From assembly GCF_025965585.1 (NCBI RefSeq), contig NZ_JAOPWR010000177.1, forward strand, positions 1,588-65,587: a DNA stretch of 64,000 bases, read 5' to 3'. The stretch comes from Pseudonocardia sp. (lineage in GTDB: Bacteria; Actinomycetota; Actinomycetes; Mycobacteriales; Pseudonocardiaceae). Shown piece after piece: positions 22,814 through 33,425 of this stretch. The notes beneath the pieces were generated by a model. The model did not search any database and was not told the DNA's origin. It saw only the letters and a program-made list of their open reading frames with translations. The first letter of the stretch is position 1, and each line of letters begins with the position of its first letter. The position numbers and the translations under genes were made by a program.

Positions 22814-22860
22814 ACGAGCGGCACTCTCGTCGGAACCTGTCCGACGAGAGTGCCGCTCGT
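22814..22860. terminator. Perfect 21-bp hairpin between convergent genes (bidirectional terminator or REP-like)
   Basis: acgagcggcactctcgtcgga-acctg-tccgacgagagtgccgctcgt. Confidence 0.8.
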
Positions 22861-22870
22861 TGGGGGGTTG

Positions 22871-24214
22871 CTAGGCCGCCGGACCCTCCAGCATCTCCGT
22901 CACCAGCGCGGCGATCGGGCTGCGCTCACTTCTCGTCAGGGTGACATGAGCGAAGAGCGGGTGGCCCTTCAGCTTCTCGATCACCGCGGCGACGCCGTCG
23001 TGCCGGCCCACGCGCAGGTTGTCGCGCTGCGCGACGTCGTGCGTGAGGACGACCCGGCTCGCCGTGCCCAGCCGCGAGAGCACGGTCAGCAGCACGTTGC
23101 GTTCCAGCGACTGCGCCTCGTCGACGATCACGAAGCTGTCGTGCAGCGACCGCCCGCGGATGTGCGTCAGGGGGAGCACCTCGAGCATGCCGCGCGCGAT
23201 CACCTCCGTCATGACGTCCTCGCTGACCAGCGCACCGAGGGTGTCGAAGACGGCCTGGGCCCAGGGCCCCATCTTCTCGGCCTCGCTGCCGGGCAGGTAG
23301 CCGAGCTCCTGACCGCCCACGGCGTACAGCGGCCGGAACACCACGACCTTGCGGTGCTGCTGGCGCTCCAGCACCGCCTCGAGCCCGGCGCACAGCGCGA
23401 GCGCCGACTTCCCGGTGCCGGCCCGGCCACCGAGGGAGACGATCCCGATGTCGGGGTCGAGCAGCAGGTCGAGGGCCACTCGCTGCTCCGCCGAGCGGCC
23501 GTGGAGCCCGAACGCCTCGCGGTCGCCGCGGATGAGTCGCACCTGCTTGTCGGCCGTGACCCGGCCCAGCGCCGCCGAGCCGCCGCCGGTCAGGCGCAGT
23601 CCCGTGTTGCAGGGGAGCTCCCGGGCCTCCTCGTGGTCGATGACGCCGTCACGGAACAGCGTGTCGACGTCCTCGGCCGTGACCTCCAGGTCCGTCATGC
23701 CCGTCCAGCCGGACGGCACCACGTCGAGGGCGTGGTACTCGTCGGCCTGCAACCCGACCGCGGCCGCCTTGACGCGCAGCGGCATGTCCTTGGTGACGAG
23801 GACGACCTCGCCACGGCCGTCGAGCTTGCGCTCGGCCGCCAGGTTCAGCGCGCAGGCGAGGATGCGGCTGTCGTTCGAGTCCGTGCGGAAGCCCGCGGGG
23901 AGCACCTCCGGGTCGGTGTGGTTCAGCTCGACGTGCAGCGTTCCGCCGGCGGTGCCGATGGGCACCGGTGCGTCCAGGCGGCCGTGCTCGATGCGCAGCT
24001 CGTCGAGCGTGCGCAGCGCCGTGCGGGCGAACCACCCCAGTTCCGGGTGGTGCCGCTTGCCCTCGAGTTCAGAGATCACCACCAACGGCAGGACGACCTC
24101 GTGCTCGTCGAACCTGGTCAGCGACCAGGGGTCCGACAGCAGGACGGAGGTGTCGAGCACGTAGCAGCGGGTGGTGCGATCCGAGACGGGGGCGGTACGA
24201 CGATCGTCGGTCAC
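22871..24214 (-). CDS. phoH2: PhoH2 (PIN RNase plus PhoH ATPase)
   Basis: [12 protein letters not shown] motif; [14 protein letters not shown] and VDEAQ; GAGGGAG RBS. Confidence 0.93.
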   Translation of the reverse strand: MTDDRRTAPVSDRTTRCYVLDTSVLLSDPWSLTRFDEHEVVLPLVVISELEGKRHHPELGWFARTALRTLDELRIEHGRLDAPVPIGTAGGTLHVELNHTDPEVLPAGFRTDSNDSRILACALNLAAERKLDGRGEVVLVTKDMPLRVKAAAVGLQADEYHALDVVPSGWTGMTDLEVTAEDVDTLFRDGVIDHEEARELPCNTGLRLTGGGSAALGRVTADKQVRLIRGDREAFGLHGRSAEQRVALDLLLDPDIGIVSLGGRAGTGKSALALCAGLEAVLERQQHRKVVVFRPLYAVGGQELGYLPGSEAEKMGPWAQAVFDTLGALVSEDVMTEVIARGMLEVLPLTHIRGRSLHDSFVIVDEAQSLERNVLLTVLSRLGTASRVVLTHDVAQRDNLRVGRHDGVAAVIEKLKGHPLFAHVTLTRSERSPIAALVTEMLEGPAA

Positions 24215-24562
24215 GGGTGCTCCCTCGTGGGCGCGGCACCGCGCCCACACTCTGGTGGGCCGGCCGGCCCTGGCTCGGGCATCCGCGGCGGAGCCGCACA
24301 TGCCCGTGAGGGCCGGGTGCCGGCCCCCTCGGGTGTCAACACCACGACCAGGGCCTCCCCGAGCGGTTCGCATCGGGTACGAACTCGCCGAGTTGAACGC
24401 TACCGGCGGTCACCCGGGTGCGGTCAACAGCAACGTCGCGTCATCTCGTGTTCACGTCCCGAGATTTAACAGAACGGCCTACCACTCATCGCCGGCCGAA
24501 CACCGCCCGTCGTCGTGGGGGACACGCTCATCCCGTACGGCTCGCGGCCATCCGGCGCAGCG

Positions 24563-25741
24563 TCACGGTGCCTCCACGGCCTCCAGCGCCCACGGCGTGA
24601 ACGGCTCGTCCAGCATGCGGCGCAGCCGCTCGTCCGGGTCGCCCGCCTCCCACCAGCGACGCAGCAGCGGCGGGCCCTCGATGTAGGTGGTCGTGTAGGC
24701 CCGCCAGACGGGGTGGCCCAGGAACCGCAGCACCGCGGCTGCGGGCGCCTCTCCCACCAGCAACCATCGCCGCAGATGGGCTAGTACGTCCTGCTCCGGC
24801 GCGTGCCGGTCGTGCAGCAGCAGCGCGGCGTCCTGCCGCGTGCGGGCGAGCACGGCGGTGGCGGCGTCGACCCGCTCGGCCAGGTCGCCGTCGAACCGCA
24901 GCCCGACGCCGTCGAGCACCCCGGCCGCCCACCGCCCCCAGCCGGACCCGACGACGGCGTGCAGCCCCAGGTCCGCGGCGCCCTCCGCCACCAGGCTCTG
25001 CGGCGTGTTGGCCAGGACCACGCGGTGCTCGTCCCACCCGCGGGCAACGAGCACCACCTCCTTGCGGCAGCGCTCTGCGTGATGGCCGGGGTACACCTCG
25101 TGCGCGACGAGCTGCGCCAGCTGCGCATGCCGCAGGTGGGCGCCGGCGTTGAGCGTGACCGTCGAGGAGAAGCCACCGTGGTACCGGTGCAGTGCGCTCC
25201 ACGGCGCGTCGTCGACCACGCGGTAGGCCACCGACTCTCCCGGCGGCAGCTCCACCCGGGTCGTCGTGCGCTCGCGGAGGGCCTCCGACAGCGCCCGCAC
25301 CGCGACACCGAGCCGCTCGCGCGGAACCTCGTCACGGGCGCGGTACGCGGCCACCCGGTCCGCCAGTGACCCCGGGCCGGGCAGCAGGTCGTCGAGCTCG
25401 CGGTGCGCGGCGCGGTAGCCGTCCTCGGACCCCATCGCGATCCGGACGCCGAACGCCGCCCGGACCTCCTGGACGAACGGCACGAACTGGCCGGCGAGGC
25501 GGCGGGCCGTCCACTCGCACGCCACGAGCTGGCCCCGGAGGAAGTCCGCGCGGGCGGGCTCGAGGGCGTCGGGCACGGCCCGGGCCAGCCGACCGGCGGC
25601 CCGCACGAGGTCCGGGGCGGACATCGGTGGCCCGTCCGGGTCCGCGGCGGCGGGGCCGTAGAGGTCGAGGGATCCGGGCAGCAACCGCTCCAGGCCCCGG
25701 GCGATCCGGAGGTACTCACGCACCACCTCGTCCACCCGCAC
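24563..25741 (-). CDS. DUF885-like putative metallopeptidase
   Basis: AHEVYPGHH, LVAEG and WRAYTTTYIEG. Confidence 0.75.
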   Translation of the reverse strand: MRVDEVVREYLRIARGLERLLPGSLDLYGPAAADPDGPPMSAPDLVRAAGRLARAVPDALEPARADFLRGQLVACEWTARRLAGQFVPFVQEVRAAFGVRIAMGSEDGYRAAHRELDDLLPGPGSLADRVAAYRARDEVPRERLGVAVRALSEALRERTTTRVELPPGESVAYRVVDDAPWSALHRYHGGFSSTVTLNAGAHLRHAQLAQLVAHEVYPGHHAERCRKEVVLVARGWDEHRVVLANTPQSLVAEGAADLGLHAVVGSGWGRWAAGVLDGVGLRFDGDLAERVDAATAVLARTRQDAALLLHDRHAPEQDVLAHLRRWLLVGEAPAAAVLRFLGHPVWRAYTTTYIEGPPLLRRWWEAGDPDERLRRMLDEPFTPWALEAVEAP

Positions 25742-26062
25742 CGGCGCACGGTACCGGGCGGCGGACGCAGAGCGCGATCACACAGGGTCCGCGGGCGAAA
25801 AGGTACGGTTCCGGACGGGTGGTCCACGATCACAGCGCGTCCATTTTCTGCACACAGCGCCCGATTCCTCCTCCACCGAGGACATCCGATGGTGGGCGTA
25901 TCCACACGCACAGTGTGTCGATCATTCGATGGTGGTAAGGGATTTGCGAGGCCCGTCGGCCGGGCGCTACCTTTTTCGTGGTCAGCGAGGGCTCCCCGGT
26001 CATACGCTGGCAAGAATGGAATCGGCTTCGACCGGATCCGCATGACTCAACAGGAGATAACT

Positions 26063-26437
26063 GTGCTCAAGAAGGCTGGAATCGTCGTGGCTGCGGCCGC
26101 CGCCACCCTGCTCGCGGTCAGCCCCCTCGCCTTCGCCGGCGAGAGCCACCACGAGGCCGACAAGACCGCGTGGTCGAACGTCAACGGCGACAAGTCGCAG
26201 GGCCTCGTCAACGTTGTCGACAACAACGTCAACGCGCCGCTCCAGGCGTGCAACAACGACGTCCCGATCCAGGGCGGCGTCGCCCAGGGTCAGGTCCCGG
26301 TCAAGGACATCACTGCCGCCCTGAGTGGCGCGCTGGGCCTGTTCGGCACGGCGTCCTCCTCGGTCGACCAGTACACCGACAACTCGCGCTCCTGCGGCGA
26401 CAACAGCGGCTCGGCGGGCGACGCCCACCAGCAGTGA
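26063..26437 (+). CDS. Small secreted protein, rodlin/chaplin-like (copy 1)
   Basis: AGGAG RBS; signal peptide ending PLAFA; N/Q/V/G-rich mature part with two Cys. Confidence 0.8.
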   Translation: MLKKAGIVVAAAAATLLAVSPLAFAGESHHEADKTAWSNVNGDKSQGLVNVVDNNVNAPLQACNNDVPIQGGVAQGQVPVKDITAALSGALGLFGTASSSVDQYTDNSRSCGDNSGSAGDAHQQ

Positions 26438-26468
26438 GTCGTTCCTGATTCACAGCTGAACTGACGCG

Positions 26469-26502
26469 AAGGGCGTCGGACCACTTGGTCCGACGCCCTT
26501 TT
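26469..26502 (+). terminator. Intrinsic terminator
   Basis: aagggcgtcggacc-actt-ggtccgacgccctt followed by tt. Confidence 0.85.
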
Positions 26503-26827
26503 CGTATGCTCGCCTCACGACCGTACTCACGACAGGCGGCCGTACGCATCGTGACCACCACGCTGCGAGCGCACCACGCTTCCGAATGAACGCCGCAACG
26601 CAGGGTGCTCCGCCGGCTCCGTACAGCAGATTTTCAGCCATCTGGCAACACTCGAAAGAAGGCGTACCCAAGCCCACGGTAATCGGGCTACACGATCGAA
26701 TTACTCGGCTACTTCCGGCGGCGCTCCAGCGATATCCTGATCGCGGTTCACACGGCTCCCCGGTCTGGTGTGAACACTGGATGGAATCGACTTCGGTCGG
26801 TCCGCACGACTCAACATGGAGACAACT

Positions 26828-27202
26828 GTGCTCAAGAAGGCTGGAATCGTCGTGGCTGCGGCCGCCGCCACCCTGCTCGCGGTCAGCCCGCTCGCCTTCG
26901 CCGGTGAGGCCCACGGCGGCGCTGACAAGACCGTGTGGTCGAACGTCAACGGCGACAAGTCCCAGGGCTTCGTCAACGTTGCCGACAACAACATCAACGT
27001 GCCGATCCAGGCGTGCAACAACGACGTCCCGATCCAGGGCGGTTTCGCCCAGGGCCAGGTCCCGGTCAAGGACATCACCGCTGCTGCGAGCGGTGCGCTG
27101 GCACTGCTCGGCACGGCGAACTCCTCGGTCGACCAGGCCACCGACAACTCGCGCTCCTGTGGCGACAACAGCGGCTCGGCCGGCGACCTGCACAAGCAGT
27201 GA
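26828..27202 (+). CDS. Small secreted protein, rodlin/chaplin-like (copy 2)
   Basis: Close paralogue of 26063-26437, same length. Confidence 0.8.
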   Translation: MLKKAGIVVAAAAATLLAVSPLAFAGEAHGGADKTVWSNVNGDKSQGFVNVADNNINVPIQACNNDVPIQGGFAQGQVPVKDITAAASGALALLGTANSSVDQATDNSRSCGDNSGSAGDLHKQ

Positions 27203-27225
27203 GTCGTTCCTGATCCACTGAACTG

Positions 27226-27267
27226 ACGAAGAGGGCGTCGGACCACCCGGTCCGGCGCCCTCTTCGT
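27226..27267. terminator. Intrinsic, probably bidirectional terminator
   Basis: acgaagagggcgtcggacc-accc-ggtccggcgccctcttcgt. Confidence 0.85.
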
Positions 27268-27291
27268 ATGCTCACATCCCCTCGCGGGTGG

Positions 27292-28062
27292 TCAGGAACC
27301 GAAGCGGCGGTGGCGCGCGGCGTAGTCCCGCAGGGCCCGCAGGAAGTCGACCTTGCGGAACTCCGGCCAGTAGGCCTCGCAGAACCAGAACTCCGAGTGC
27401 GCCGACTGCCACAGCAGGAAGCCCGACAGCCGCTGCTCCCCCGACGTCCGGATCACGAGGTCCGGATCGGGCTGTCCGGACGTGTAGAGGTGGGCCGCGA
27501 TGTGGTCCACGTCGAGGACCTCGGCGAGCTCCTCGATCGACGTCCCCGACTCGGCGTGCTGCAGCAGCAGCTTGCGCACGGCGTCCGCGATCTCCTGGCG
27601 GCCGCCGTACCCGACGGCCACGTTCAGCTCAAGGCCGGGGCGCCCGACGGTGCGTTCCGCGGCGGCGGACAGCCGGTGGGCGAGATCCTCCGGGAGCAGG
27701 TCCAGCGCCCCCACGACCCGCAGTCGCCAGCGTGCGGTCGGGCCGCTCAGCTCGTCCACGACATCAGCGATGATCTGCAGCAACGGCTCGAGCTCGTCGG
27801 CGGGCCGGTTGAGGTTGTCGGTGGAGAGCAGGAAGAGCGTGACGACCTCGACGCCCGCCTCCTCGCACCACCCCAGCAGATCGGCGATCTTGGCCGCGCC
27901 CACGCGGTGGCCGTCGTTGACGTCGGCGAACCCGACGTCACGCGCCCAGCGCCGGTTGCCGTCGAGCATCAGGGCCACGTGCGCAGGCCGCTCCTCGACG
28001 GCGCTGAGCCGTCGGCTGATCCTGCGCTCGTACAGCGAGTACAGCAGGTCACGCACGCCCAC
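27292..28062 (-). CDS. Short-chain Z-isoprenyl diphosphate synthase (Rv1086-like)
   Basis: HVALMLDGNRRWA and DPDLVIRTSGEQRLSGFLLWQ. Confidence 0.93.
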   Translation of the reverse strand: MGVRDLLYSLYERRISRRLSAVEERPAHVALMLDGNRRWARDVGFADVNDGHRVGAAKIADLLGWCEEAGVEVVTLFLLSTDNLNRPADELEPLLQIIADVVDELSGPTARWRLRVVGALDLLPEDLAHRLSAAAERTVGRPGLELNVAVGYGGRQEIADAVRKLLLQHAESGTSIEELAEVLDVDHIAAHLYTSGQPDPDLVIRTSGEQRLSGFLLWQSAHSEFWFCEAYWPEFRKVDFLRALRDYAARHRRFGS

Positions 28063-28178
28063 GGCGGGTCACCCTACGCCGCCGCGACTGCGTGTCGCCC
28101 TCGACCGTCACGCCCTCCGGTGGCGGGGTTCACGCGCGCGACACCCTGGGTGCGTCGTGGTGCCGTAATCTCCACGGG

Positions 28179-28859
28179 GTGAGCGCAGCGACCGTCGACA
28201 CGTCTCCAGCCGGTCCGCCGCTGGTCAAGCCGCGGATGCGGGGCTGGCTGCACTTCTGGTCGTTCACTGTCTCGATCGCCGCGTGCGCCACGCTGATCGC
28301 GGTGTCCGCCGTCCTCGTGGGCGGTGGTGCGGCGCTGGCCGTGTCGGTCTACAGCGCCACGATCCTCGCGCTGTTCGGCACGAGCGCGCTCTACCACCGC
28401 CGCACGTGGCGCACAGCCCGGTCGCGGGCGATCATGAAGCGGCTCGACCACTCCATGATCTTCCTGTTCATCGCGGGCACGTACACGCCCGTCGCCGCGC
28501 TGGCGATGGACGCCGGCACGGCCCGCTGGGTGCTCATCACCGTCTGGGCCGGCGCCCTGGCCGGGGTCGTGCTCAAGACCGCATGGCCGCACGCGCCCGC
28601 CTGGGTCGGTGTTCCGATCTACATCGCGCTGGGCTGGGTGGCCGTGTTCGCCATCCCGGCCATGCTCGCCGGCGGCGGCGTGGCCGCGCTGGTGCTGATC
28701 CTCACCGGCGGCCTGCTCTACACCGTCGGCGCGGTCTTCTACGCCACGAAGTGGCCGAACCCGTGGCCGCGGACGTTCGGGTACCACGAGTTCTTCCACG
28801 CGGCCACGGTGCTCGCGGCCATCTGCCACCTCGTCGCGATCTGGCTCATCCTGTTCTGA
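28179..28859 (+). CDS. Haemolysin III / PAQR-family membrane protein
   Basis: SALYH, RLDHSMIFLFIAGTYTP and GYHEFFH; -10 TAATCT upstream. Confidence 0.92.
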   Translation: MSAATVDTSPAGPPLVKPRMRGWLHFWSFTVSIAACATLIAVSAVLVGGGAALAVSVYSATILALFGTSALYHRRTWRTARSRAIMKRLDHSMIFLFIAGTYTPVAALAMDAGTARWVLITVWAGALAGVVLKTAWPHAPAWVGVPIYIALGWVAVFAIPAMLAGGGVAALVLILTGGLLYTVGAVFYATKWPNPWPRTFGYHEFFHAATVLAAICHLVAIWLILF

Positions 28860-28890
28860 GCCCTGTGCCGGGCTGCCGCCCGGCCCGGAC

Positions 28891-29508
28891 TCAGGACCCG
28901 TCGCCGGTGGGGCCCTTCGCCCGCAGCTCGTCGACCTTCGCCATGGCGTCGCGCAGCTCGCCCAGCCACTCGTCGGCGTGCTCGCCCACGAGCCGCACCG
29001 CCCACGCGAGCGCGTCGGATCGCGACCGTGCCACCCCGGAGTCCACCAGCGTGTCCAGCACGATGCGCTCCGGCTGACGCAGCCGCGTCATCACCGGCAC
29101 CGACGCCACCGTGAACAGCTCCACGGAATCGCCGACCCGCGCACCCCACGCCACCTTCCGCTGGTAGCGGTGCTCCGCCTGACGCGCGATCTCGATGCGC
29201 TCCTCGCGGGTGCTCTCCCGGAACCGGGAGATCCGCCCCGCCTCGGCCGCCGCGCGGTCCGCGCGTCCGGCCTCGGTGTCCTCGAACTCGCCCTCGACAG
29301 CCGGCAGCTCGCCGACGATGAGGACCTCCTCACGGTCCACCGTGACCTCCGGGGCGCCGACGAACCAGCCGTCGGGCAACCGCCCCTGCAGCCAGGCGGC
29401 CGCGTCCTCGGCACCGGGCAGGTCGGCCTGCTGCCACCCGCCGCGCCCGGGCCCGCGCCCTCCGCGTCCACCCGCTCCGTGCCATCCCCGATGCATGCGT
29501 CCCGACAT
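28891..29508 (-). CDS. Conserved actinobacterial hypothetical protein
   Basis: GRLPDGWF, VDREEVLIVG and PVMTRLRQPERIVLDTLVDSGVARSRSDALAW; GGAGG RBS. Confidence 0.8.
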   Translation of the reverse strand: MSGRMHRGWHGAGGRGGRGPGRGGWQQADLPGAEDAAAWLQGRLPDGWFVGAPEVTVDREEVLIVGELPAVEGEFEDTEAGRADRAAAEAGRISRFRESTREERIEIARQAEHRYQRKVAWGARVGDSVELFTVASVPVMTRLRQPERIVLDTLVDSGVARSRSDALAWAVRLVGEHADEWLGELRDAMAKVDELRAKGPTGDGS

Positions 29509-29664
29509 CTCGACCTCCGTTGCTCGGCCCCTGCCATCGAGCCCGTGATTACGAGATTACACAGCAACAGAGGCGCTGGCAGAAGTTTCCACTCACGGCG
29601 GACGCGAGGCGCCACTGAACGGCGCGCGGGGTTCCCCGTGTCGACCCGCGGGGTTGTGCCCGGG

Positions 29665-31713
29665 TCACGGGCGGAGGACCAGGTTCGCCGTCAGCTCCTC
29701 GGGCGTGGTCACCGGGCGGTCGCACACGAAGCCGCGGCAGACGTAGGCCGCGGGCAGGCCGCCGACCAGGGGGCGGTCGGCCAGCAGCGGGACGCCGGGG
29801 GCGTCCGGCTCCCCTGGGACGACGACCGTGCCACCGGGTGCGATGTGGCGGGCGTGGGCGAGCAGGGCCGCACCGGCGGGCTCGCCGGCCCCGACCAGCG
29901 CCACCTGCAGGGGCCCCCGCACCATCGCCTCCGCCGCGGTCAGCCAGTGACCGGCGAAGCGCGGGTGCTTCTCGGCGAGGGTGCCGGCGCCGCGCAGGGC
30001 GGCCTCCGCCGCATCGCGGTACCGGCCCCCGTCGGCGGCCAGCACCGACGCCGTCAGCAGCGCGGACGCCAGCGCCGAGCTGCCGCAGGGCGTGGCGTTG
30101 TCGGTGAGCTCGCGGGGCCGGTGCAGCAGCGCCTCGGCGTCGTCGGCGGTGTCGAAGAACGCGCCCGGCTCGTCCGGCACGGCGAAGTGCTCGAGCGCGA
30201 CGTCGAGCAGGTCGGTGGCGGCCTGGAGCCAGCGCGGCTCGCCCGTGGCCTGGTGCAGGGCGAGGAGCCCGTCGGCGAGGCAGCCGTGGTCGTCCAGGAC
30301 GCCGACGGCGACGCCCACCTTCCCGTCGCGCGACGAGCGCCGCAGCCGCCCGGCGACGAGGTGCCGCGTGAGCAGCAGGTCGGCCGTCTCCGCGGCCGCG
30401 GCCACCCACTCGGGATGTCCGAGCGTGGCGCCCGCCTCGGCCAGGGCCTGGACCGCCATGCCGTTCCAGGCCGTGACGACCTTGTCGTCGCGTCCGGGCT
30501 GCGGACGGAGGTCGCGCGCGCCCAGCAGGGCGCTGCGGACCCGCTCCCAGCGCTCGGCGTCGTCGGGGTCGGCGAGCAGCTGCAGCGTGGACGAGCCGTG
30601 CTCGAACGTGCCCTGGGGCGTGACGGCGAGCAGGTCGGCCGCCCACGCGCCGTCCTCGTCGCCGAGCACCTCGCGCAGCTGCGACGGCGTCCAGGCGTAG
30701 GTGAGGCCCTCGACACCGTCGGTGTCGGCGTCCAGGGCGGAGGCGAAACCGCCCTCGGGCGTGCGCAGGTCCCGCAGCAGGAACCCGGCGGTCTCCTCCG
30801 CGACGCGCCGCGGCAGCGCCGCTGTGTCGATGGGCGGTCCGCCTGCGCTCCCGGCCGCCGCGATGCGCGCCAGGTGCGCGTACACCCGCAGGAGCAGCGC
30901 ATTGTCGTAGAGCATCTTCTCGAAGTGCGGCACGATCCACTGGCCGTCGACGCTGTAGCGGGAGAACCCGCCGGCGAGCTGGTCGTAGAGGCCGCCGCGG
31001 GCCATCCGCTCGCAGGTGACGTACGCATGCCCGAGCGACTCGTCGGAGCCGGTGCGCTCGTGGTGGCGCAACAGGAACTCCAGCGCCATCGACGGCGGGA
31101 ACTTCGGTGCCCCGCCGAAGCCGCCGTAGCGGGAGTCGAACCCGGCGCCGAGCGCCGTGGCCGCGCGGTCCAGCGCGTCGGTGTCGACGGGGGCGGGAGG
31201 CAGCGACGCGGCGGCGTTGTCGGACAGCCGGGCGGCGATCTCCCCCGCGGCGCCGCGGACGCGGTCGCCGTCCTCCCTCCAGGCCTTGGTGACGGCATCG
31301 AGCAGCTGGCGGAAGCCGGGCATGCCCTGCCGCGACGTGGGCGGGTAGTAGGTGCCGCAGTGGAACGGCTCGCCGATCGGCGTGAGGAAGCACGTCATCG
31401 GCCAGCCGCCCTGACCCGTCATGGCCTGGGTGGCCGCCATGTAGACGGCGTCGATGTCCGGACGTTCCTCGCGGTCGACCTTGATCGCGACGAAGCCCGC
31501 GTTGACCTGCGCAGCGGTGTCTGTGTCCTCGAACGACTCGTGCGCCATGACGTGGCACCAGTGGCACGCGGCATACCCCACGGACAGCAGGATGGGCACG
31601 TCACGGCGGGCGGCCTCGGCGAAGGCCTCGTCGGACCACTCCCACCAGTCGATGGGGTTGTCGGCGTGCTGCAGCAGGTACGGGCTGGTGGCGGCGGCGA
31701 GCCGGTTCGGCAT
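29665..31713 (-). CDS. YyaL/DUF255 thioredoxin-domain protein
   Basis: [27 protein letters not shown] and [11 protein letters not shown]. Confidence 0.93.
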   Translation of the reverse strand: MPNRLAAATSPYLLQHADNPIDWWEWSDEAFAEAARRDVPILLSVGYAACHWCHVMAHESFEDTDTAAQVNAGFVAIKVDREERPDIDAVYMAATQAMTGQGGWPMTCFLTPIGEPFHCGTYYPPTSRQGMPGFRQLLDAVTKAWREDGDRVRGAAGEIAARLSDNAAASLPPAPVDTDALDRAATALGAGFDSRYGGFGGAPKFPPSMALEFLLRHHERTGSDESLGHAYVTCERMARGGLYDQLAGGFSRYSVDGQWIVPHFEKMLYDNALLLRVYAHLARIAAAGSAGGPPIDTAALPRRVAEETAGFLLRDLRTPEGGFASALDADTDGVEGLTYAWTPSQLREVLGDEDGAWAADLLAVTPQGTFEHGSSTLQLLADPDDAERWERVRSALLGARDLRPQPGRDDKVVTAWNGMAVQALAEAGATLGHPEWVAAAAETADLLLTRHLVAGRLRRSSRDGKVGVAVGVLDDHGCLADGLLALHQATGEPRWLQAATDLLDVALEHFAVPDEPGAFFDTADDAEALLHRPRELTDNATPCGSSALASALLTASVLAADGGRYRDAAEAALRGAGTLAEKHPRFAGHWLTAAEAMVRGPLQVALVGAGEPAGAALLAHARHIAPGGTVVVPGEPDAPGVPLLADRPLVGGLPAAYVCRGFVCDRPVTTPEELTANLVLRP

Positions 31714-31726
31714 GCCGCCCAGCCTC

Positions 31727-31990
31727 TCAGGACTGCTTGTCCGCGGCATCCCCGGCGTCGGTGGCCTCGGCCTTGTCGAAGCTCTCCGGCAGCCGCCGGA
31801 TGCGCTTCGACATCGAGACGATGAGGGCCACCAGCGCCAGCCCCATCAGGATGACGACGACCAGCGCGATCGGCGACGCCTTGCCGAACTCCTCGCCCTC
31901 GCCGGGTGGCGGCGCCGGGTCCTGGGCCACGACCGTGATCGTGCCCATCGTGATCGTGCTCTGCGGCAGGAACCCGAGGTCGACCAGCAT
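31727..31990 (-). CDS. Small membrane protein (Rv1083-like)
   Basis: EFGKASP, a TM helix, then [14 protein letters not shown]; synteny with mca. Confidence 0.75.
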   Translation of the reverse strand: MLVDLGFLPQSTITMGTITVVAQDPAPPPGEGEEFGKASPIALVVVILMGLALVALIVSMSKRIRRLPESFDKAEATDAGDAADKQS

Positions 31991-32009
31991 CAGACCAGGC
32001 TACGCGAGG

Positions 32010-32918
32010 TCACCCGGCCCGCCGGACGGCCACCCGCTCGTCCACGCCCGCCAAGAGGTCGTCCTCCCGGTCGGGGACGTCGACGAGCGAGCGCACGAGC
32101 TCGTAGTCCTCGGTGGGCCAGATGTCGCGCTGGATGTCGAGCGGCACCAGGAACCACCGGCTCGTGGGGTCGATCTGGGTCTCGTGCGCGAGCAGGGCCC
32201 TGTCGCGGACGTCGAACCACTCCGAGCACTCGACGCGGGTGGTGACGCGCTCGCCCGGGTCCGGACGGTCGTCGGGCCAGTTGGCCAGCCACTCGTCGTA
32301 GGGCGACTCGAGGCCGCGCTCCTTGAGCGCCTTGTCGAACGCGATGATGCGCGACTTCGAGAAGCCGTGGGAGTAGTAGAGCTTCAGCGGCTGCCACGGG
32401 TCACCGGCGCCCGGGAAGCGGTCGGGGTCGGCGGCGGCGTCGAACGCGGCCATCGAGATCACGTGGGTCTTGATGTGATCGGGGTGCGGGTAGCCGCCGT
32501 TCTCGTCGTAGGTGACGAGGACGTGCGGACGGAACTCACGGATGAGCTTGACGAGGGGCTCCGTGGCCTCCTCGACGTCGACGAGCGCGAAGCACCCCTC
32601 GGGCAGCGGTGGCTTGGGGTCGCCCTCGGGGAGCCCGGAGTCGACGAAGCCCAGCCAGCGGTGCTGCACACCGAGGATCTCCGCGGCCTTCGCCATCTCG
32701 GCCCTGCGGATCGCGGGGATGTCGGCGAGGACCTCGGGGCGGTTCATGGCGGGGTTGAGGATGCTGCCCGCCTCGCCACCGGTGCAGGTCACGACCATCA
32801 CCTCGTGGCCCTCGGCGACGTACCGGGCGGTGGTGGCGGCCCCCTTGCTGGACTCGTCGTCGGGGTGCGCGTGCACCGTCATCAGCCGCAGTGGGCCCGT
32901 GGTGTCGGAAGAGGACAT
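32010..32918 (-). CDS. mca: Mycothiol S-conjugate amidase
   Basis: VHAHPDDESSKGA, YDENGGYPHPDHI and WQPLKLYY. Confidence 0.95.
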   Translation of the reverse strand: MSSSDTTGPLRLMTVHAHPDDESSKGAATTARYVAEGHEVMVVTCTGGEAGSILNPAMNRPEVLADIPAIRRAEMAKAAEILGVQHRWLGFVDSGLPEGDPKPPLPEGCFALVDVEEATEPLVKLIREFRPHVLVTYDENGGYPHPDHIKTHVISMAAFDAAADPDRFPGAGDPWQPLKLYYSHGFSKSRIIAFDKALKERGLESPYDEWLANWPDDRPDPGERVTTRVECSEWFDVRDRALLAHETQIDPTSRWFLVPLDIQRDIWPTEDYELVRSLVDVPDREDDLLAGVDERVAVRRAG

Positions 32919-33276
32919 GAGGTCGACCGCGATCCTTCCTTGGGGAGCGTGTTGCTCGAATCGTTGCAGAGCGCACCGACAAGAGCGCGTCGACCGGATA
33001 ACGCCACAGCCGCGCCCCTGCTTCCCGGTCACGCTCGGTGACGCCGATGCTGCGGCGTCTGCACCCGCGACAGCGCTCCATGACGCGGGCGACGGCAGCA
33101 CTCGCGGAAGCGGCCCCAGGCCGCTACGGTGAGCCGCCACGCGGATCCAGTTCGGCCGCCAGGCCGCCGTTCCCACTCACTGGCAGCGCTGTGACCAGCG
33201 CGTTTGCCAGGATCGGGAACTCCGCGGGCACACCAACCGTTCGTCGAAAAGCTGCGACGAGCGGCTGCCATCGTGT

Positions 33277-33317
33277 TACCGTGAGCTGTACACGGCCCGC
33301 AGGCGGGTCGTGTTTTT
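33277..33317 (+). terminator. Putative greA promoter -10 followed immediately by a leader terminator
   Basis: TACCGT at 33277-33282; acacggcccg-cagg-cgggtcgtgt then tttt. Confidence 0.65.
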
Positions 33318-33425
33318 CCTTACTCGGGGCTATGCCGCCCACGGGATCGGGTGGCCCCGGGCGGGTCACCGTGCCGCGGGCCGGACGGTCCGTGGGCACA
33401 TGGACCGGGACAGGCTGGAGGAGAG

